Of a stretch of 64,000 bases of DNA, positions 59,937 through 64,000 are shown piece after piece. The stretch's first letter is position 1, and each line of letters starts with the position of its first letter. The DNA comes from an uncultured Bdellovibrio sp. Its GTDB lineage: Bacteria > Bdellovibrionota > Bdellovibrionia > Bdellovibrionales > Bdellovibrionaceae. Made by a program: the position numbers and the translations under genes. The stretch lies in the NCBI GenBank assembly GCA_963932905.1, contig CAWVRN010000001.1, positions 192,001-256,000 of the forward strand. Reading direction: 5' to 3'. The notes beneath the pieces are model-generated. The model had not been told where the DNA came from. It made no database searches and saw only the letters and a program-made list of their open reading frames with translations.

Positions 59937-61378
59937 TGGCTTACGAAATTCGCGGCTTTGAAGCCACTATTGGTATTGAAATCCATGTTCAGCTAAACAC
60001 TAAGAGCAAAATATTTTCTTCTGACGGAACTGAATTTTCAGCCGGCGATAACGAAAATATTTCGACAGTCAGCGCGGGGCTTCCCGGCTCGCTACCCGTT
60101 TTAAACAAGAAGGTCGTAGACTTAGCGATTAAAACAGGTTTGGCTTTAGGATGTAATATTCGCCAAAAATCTATTTTTGCGCGCAAAAATTATTTCTATC
60201 CTGATTTACCTAAAGGTTATCAGATTTCCCAATACGAAGAGCCGATCTGCGAGCATGGTTCGATCATGCTTAAAATGCCTGATTATGAAAAGAAAATCAG
60301 CATTACACGCGCGCATTTGGAAGAAGATGCGGGTAAGTCCACACATCATGGGGACGTGACCCTTCTTAACTACAATCGTGCGGGTGTGCCGTTACTTGAA
60401 ATCGTATCTGGTCCTGATTTAAGTTCGCCTCAAGAGGCCGCCGAATATGGTAAAATCATGCGCCAGATTGTTCGCTACCTTGATGTGTGTGATGGAAACC
60501 TAGAAGAAGGATCTTTGCGCTGTGATTGTAACGTCAGCGTAAAGCGTATCGGCGAAAAAAAATTAGGAACCAAAGTTGAATTAAAAAATATCAATTCCTT
60601 CCGCTTTATTGAAAAGGCTGTCGAATATGAAATCGATCGCCAGATTGATGCGGTCGAAAGAAACGAGAAGATCATTCAAGAAACTCGTTTGTATGATTCG
60701 GACAAAAACAGAACGTATTCCATGCGCGTAAAAGAAGATGCGCAAGACTATCGCTATTTCCCTGATCCTGATCTGCTACCGATCATTATTCCAGATAAAC
60801 AAATTGCCGATATCAAAGCCACTCTTCCTGAATTGCCACAGGCTCGCCAAGCTCGTTTCGTGAGTCAAATGGGCCTGCCGGCATATGATGCCGACGTGTT
60901 AACGGAAGAAAAAGACATCGCTGATTTCTTTGAATCTGTGGCGAAAGCTTGTAACAATCCCAAAGCAGCCTCAAACTGGATTATGACGGAAGTGATGCGC
61001 GAAATGAAAGAATCGCACATAACGATCGGACAATCAAAAATGACGCCGGCTTTATTAGCAGAGCTAATCACATTGATCGACAAACAAGTAATCTCGGGAA
61101 AAATTGCGAAGACTATTTTCCCGGATATTTGGCAGACAGGTAAAAATCCACAAAAATTAGTGGATGAAAAAGGTCTGGGTCAAATTAGTGATGATTCGGT
61201 GATTGAAAAAATAATCGATGGCGTTTTAAAAGATAATGAAAAGAACGTGGCGGAATATCGTTCAGGGAAAACAAAAGTTTTTGGATTCTTCGTGGGTCAG
61301 ATCATGAAATTATCTAAAGGCCAGGCTAATCCTGATAAAGTAAATGAAATCTTGAAAAAGAAATTGGAACAAGGATGA
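59936..61378 (+). CDS. gatB: Asp/Glu-tRNA amidotransferase subunit B
   Basis: GIEIHVQL, RKNYFYPDLPKGYQISQ, HLEEDAGK, YRYFPDPDL. Confidence 0.98.
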   Translation: MAYEIRGFEATIGIEIHVQLNTKSKIFSSDGTEFSAGDNENISTVSAGLPGSLPVLNKKVVDLAIKTGLALGCNIRQKSIFARKNYFYPDLPKGYQISQYEEPICEHGSIMLKMPDYEKKISITRAHLEEDAGKSTHHGDVTLLNYNRAGVPLLEIVSGPDLSSPQEAAEYGKIMRQIVRYLDVCDGNLEEGSLRCDCNVSVKRIGEKKLGTKVELKNINSFRFIEKAVEYEIDRQIDAVERNEKIIQETRLYDSDKNRTYSMRVKEDAQDYRYFPDPDLLPIIIPDKQIADIKATLPELPQARQARFVSQMGLPAYDADVLTEEKDIADFFESVAKACNNPKAASNWIMTEVMREMKESHITIGQSKMTPALLAELITLIDKQVISGKIAKTIFPDIWQTGKNPQKLVDEKGLGQISDDSVIEKIIDGVLKDNEKNVAEYRSGKTKVFGFFVGQIMKLSKGQANPDKVNEILKKKLEQG

Positions 61379-62301
61379 GCCGCAAGATAGCCACGATCGA
61401 CATTGGATCGAATTCGTTTTTGTTGTTGTTATGTCATGCGAATGAAAATGGAATCACATCGATTGAAAAAGATGTCGTAGAGATCGTTCGTCTTGGGCAA
61501 GGCCTTGCAACCAATAAAAAATTTCTGCCGGAAGCATTGCTGCGGGCAGAAACTACGTTGAAAAAGTTTAAAGCCATGATCGATGATTTTCGACCAGATG
61601 TTATCCTGCCTAAGGCAACTGCGGCTGCTCGTATCGCTGAAAATCGCCAAGATTTGCTAAATATTGGAAAGAAGCTTGGTCTGGATATCGAAACGATTCC
61701 GGGCGAACAAGAAGCCAAAGTGACCTATCAAGGTGTCTTTTGGGGTCAGAAGACCGACGAATCTGGATATAACCTATTAATAGATATCGGCGGGGGCTCA
61801 ACGGAACTGATCGTCGGTAAAGGGTCTCGAATTGAATACAGTATTAGCATTCCTTTTGGTGCTGTACTGTTAACGGAGAAGCTAATTAAAAATCATCCTG
61901 TCACATTAGATGATGAAAAAGCTTTACTCGAAGTTATTGAATCCGGAATTGCGCCCGCGATTAAAGCTATTTCTAAATTTCCAATTAAAACGGTACTGGC
62001 GGTTGCAGGAACACCGACGACTTTGGCCCAAATTATTTTGGGTGGATACGACGATAAAAAAATTAACGGGTATTCTTTAGCATCAGAAAAATTGTTGGAT
62101 CTAGAGAACAATTTAAAAATCAGGTCGGTCGAGCAGCGAATTCAGGAACTAGGCGTTCCTAAAGGCCGTGCGGATATATTATATTCCGGCGCCCTGTTGC
62201 TTAGAAAAATAATTGAAGCCGTCAATTTGAAATCCGTGACAGTTTCCACACGCGGTGTTCGTCACGGCATCGTCGCAGACTATTTTTTAAGTCGGCATTA
62301 A
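61375..62301 (+). CDS. Ppx/GppA family phosphatase (short form)
   Basis: IDIGSNS, ATAAAR, GEQEA, DIGGGSTE, RADI, GVRHG. Confidence 0.92.
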   Translation: MSRKIATIDIGSNSFLLLLCHANENGITSIEKDVVEIVRLGQGLATNKKFLPEALLRAETTLKKFKAMIDDFRPDVILPKATAAARIAENRQDLLNIGKKLGLDIETIPGEQEAKVTYQGVFWGQKTDESGYNLLIDIGGGSTELIVGKGSRIEYSISIPFGAVLLTEKLIKNHPVTLDDEKALLEVIESGIAPAIKAISKFPIKTVLAVAGTPTTLAQIILGGYDDKKINGYSLASEKLLDLENNLKIRSVEQRIQELGVPKGRADILYSGALLLRKIIEAVNLKSVTVSTRGVRHGIVADYFLSRH

Positions 62302-62317
62302 AAAGAAAGGTATACGC

Positions 62318-62773
62318 ATGAAATTTCTTTCGTCATTAATAGTTGTGTTTTTAGTATGCTTATCGATACAAAGTTTCGCAGATGGTCCCAAGTTTAAAAA
62401 AGGGACTATTCAAATCAACTCAAAAACTATCAAAGCAGAATTTGCTATTTCAGATGCCGAACAACAACACGGGTTAATGAATCGGACGGAAATCCCAGAT
62501 GATTTTGGGATGTTGTTTGTATTTGAAGACGAGGACTATAGATCATTCTGGATGAAAAACACATTTGTTAATTTATCAATCGCCTACATCGGTGCGAATA
62601 AGAAAATTTTAGAAATTATCGATATGGAAGCTTCAAAAAGTTCCTTAGATGCCAATCCCAAAACGTACCCAAGCAGTGCCAAAGCGAAGTATGCTCTTGA
62701 GGTAAAACAGGGTTGGTTTGCTAAGAACAAGATAAAAGTCGGTGATTCAATTAAGAAGATCAACATCAAATAG
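62318..62773 (+). CDS. DUF192 family exported protein
   Basis: Signal peptide; GLM, GMLFVF, FWMKNT, YALEV..G. Confidence 0.9.
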   Translation: MKFLSSLIVVFLVCLSIQSFADGPKFKKGTIQINSKTIKAEFAISDAEQQHGLMNRTEIPDDFGMLFVFEDEDYRSFWMKNTFVNLSIAYIGANKKILEIIDMEASKSSLDANPKTYPSSAKAKYALEVKQGWFAKNKIKVGDSIKKINIK

Positions 62774-62883
62774 CTCAACAAAGTAGCTGGTTTAGCTGAT
62801 CTTTAGCACAGATTTCCTGGTCCGAAGAATTGATTCTAGGCTGTAAGTCTAGAAAGAAAAAAATTTCTGGAGTCCTGTACCTA

Positions 62884-62911
62884 TAAAAGAATTGATTGTC
62901 TATGCCGATGT
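62884..62911 (+). promoter_or_regulatory. putative sigma-28 promoter
   Basis: TAAA-N16-GCCGATGT upstream of the LysM lipoprotein. Confidence 0.5.
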
Positions 62912-62976
62912 GCTTAAATAAAAAGTGAAACTTTAAAGAAAACGTTGGTTTCGAATATAGATCAAGGATGAAATAT

Positions 62977-64000
62977 ATGAAAAAAATATTATTGATTCTC
63001 CTAGCTTCCACTGCACTTGTGATTTCGAGTGTTCGATGTACATCAAGTGACACTAGCGGAGAAACAGGTGACCAAATTGCCTCTGAAGGTGGCGAAAACC
63101 CAGAGTCAGTCTCTCCTGAAGCTTCGGTTGGAGATGCAACTGGTGAAGTCGGCTCAGCTGAAACTTTATCAGAAGGGAATCTAGCAGATCCGAATCTAGC
63201 AGATCCGAATGCAGCAACTGATCCGTCTCTGGATCCAAATGCAGTAGCCGGCGGGACAGACACAGCTCAAGTCACCGATCCAAACCAACAAGCTTTGGAC
63301 GCTAACGGAAATCCAGTTGATCCAGGTTTACAAACTCAGTCAACGCCTCCTGCTGAAACTCAGCCAGCGCCAACAGCTACAGATACTTTAGCGACCAACC
63401 CACCTACTGAAACAGTCCCAGCGCCAGCCGTAACTGAAACAGCTCCGGTAGTTGCGGAAGTTCCAAAAGCTCCGCCGCCTCCAGAATATCAAAAAATGAA
63501 AACTGAGCCTTGGAAGTCTGCTGACGGTAAAAATTTAAATACAGTATATTTCGCTCGTAAAGGTGACACAGTAAAATCAATCTCTGAAAAATTATTCGGA
63601 GATGCAACTCATGTAAAAGAACTTAAGAAAAATAATCCGGTTCTAAAAAACAGAGAAGCTAAAGTTGGCGATAAAATTTACTACACGTCGACAACTCGTC
63701 CAGATGATAGCTCTAAGATCATTACATACTACGAAGACAAAGGGATCCAGCCTCAAGTTTATACGGCTAAAGAAGGCGATAAAGTTAAGAACGTAGCGAA
63801 AGAGCTTTTAGGCTCATCCGATGGTTGGAAAGAACTTTACGGTTCTAATTCATTTGAATCTAGAAAAACATTGGATCCTGGCACGGAAGTTAAGTATTGG
63901 AAAGACGATGCAGAGGCAGCAGCCCCTGCAGTAGCTAAAAACGATTTACCTCCTCCGCCACCGGCAGAGACAGCTCCGCCACCGCCAGTGGAAACAGCGG
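62977..64000 (+). CDS. LysM-domain lipoprotein with Pro/Thr/acidic linkers (3' truncated; not in ORF track)
   Basis: Translated by hand: MKKILLILLASTALVISSVRC signal/lipobox, LysM-like YFARKGDTVKSISEKLFG...NP and YTAKEGDKVKNVAKELLG...N; no stop before the window end. Confidence 0.85.
   Translation, partial: MKKILLILLASTALVISSVRCTSSDTSGETGDQIASEGGENPESVSPEASVGDATGEVGSAETLSEGNLADPNLADPNAATDPSLDPNAVAGGTDTAQVTDPNQQALDANGNPVDPGLQTQSTPPAETQPAPTATDTLATNPPTETVPAPAVTETAPVVAEVPKAPPPPEYQKMKTEPWKSADGKNLNTVYFARKGDTVKSISEKLFGDATHVKELKKNNPVLKNREAKVGDKIYYTSTTRPDDSSKIITYYEDKGIQPQVYTAKEGDKVKNVAKELLGSSDGWKELYGSNSFESRKTLDPGTEVKYWKDDAEAAAPAVAKNDLPPPPPAETAPPPPVETA
63177..63206 (+). repeat. 15-bp in-frame tandem repeat (2 copies)
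   Basis: GAATCTAGCAGATCC x2, encoding NLADP NLADP. Confidence 0.85.

Noticed and set aside
61375..62301. Possible link between Ppx/GppA and the VTC/polyP module
   Set aside because: It is coupled to gatCAB, 11 kb from the operon, and looks like a core gene; no evidence of a link.
62775..63263. 162-aa minus-strand ORF and nearby short ORFs
   Set aside because: Shadows of the + strand LysM lipoprotein, which has a signal peptide, RBS and domains.

Overview
This is a gene-dense bacterial chromosomal segment, roughly 40% GC by eye. It most likely comes from a predatory Bdellovibrionota, close to the replication origin. Gene order: gyrB-gyrA, a split F0 ATP synthase locus, a PPIase/surA-pdxA block, etfBA, sdhCAB, rpsF-DUF2232-rplI, dnaB, fis, queE, ftsK, dapFAB, murD, a Bd0055-like bacterial histone, ligA, gatCAB, ppx and a LysM lipoprotein. 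The standout is a 10.5 kb, translationally coupled 10-gene operon on the minus strand (39909-50392). It encodes a flavin-dependent halogenase, two UbiA prenyltransferases, a His/Glu-rich membrane protein, an exported kinase-fold protein, an exported CYTH protein, an MMPL exporter and a DUF4956 / CotH-like / VTC module. It is a candidate pathway for a halogenated, prenylated and possibly phosphorylated envelope metabolite; I cannot match it to a pathway I know. Other points of interest are an S6:S18-type leader although rpsR is absent, tandem sigma-28 and sigma-54 promoters upstream of an Ig-domain lipoprotein, a degenerate FolK, and two divergent paralogous secreted proteins. I recognised no rRNA, tRNA, CRISPR array or mobile element. 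All calls come from motif reading only; no searches were run.
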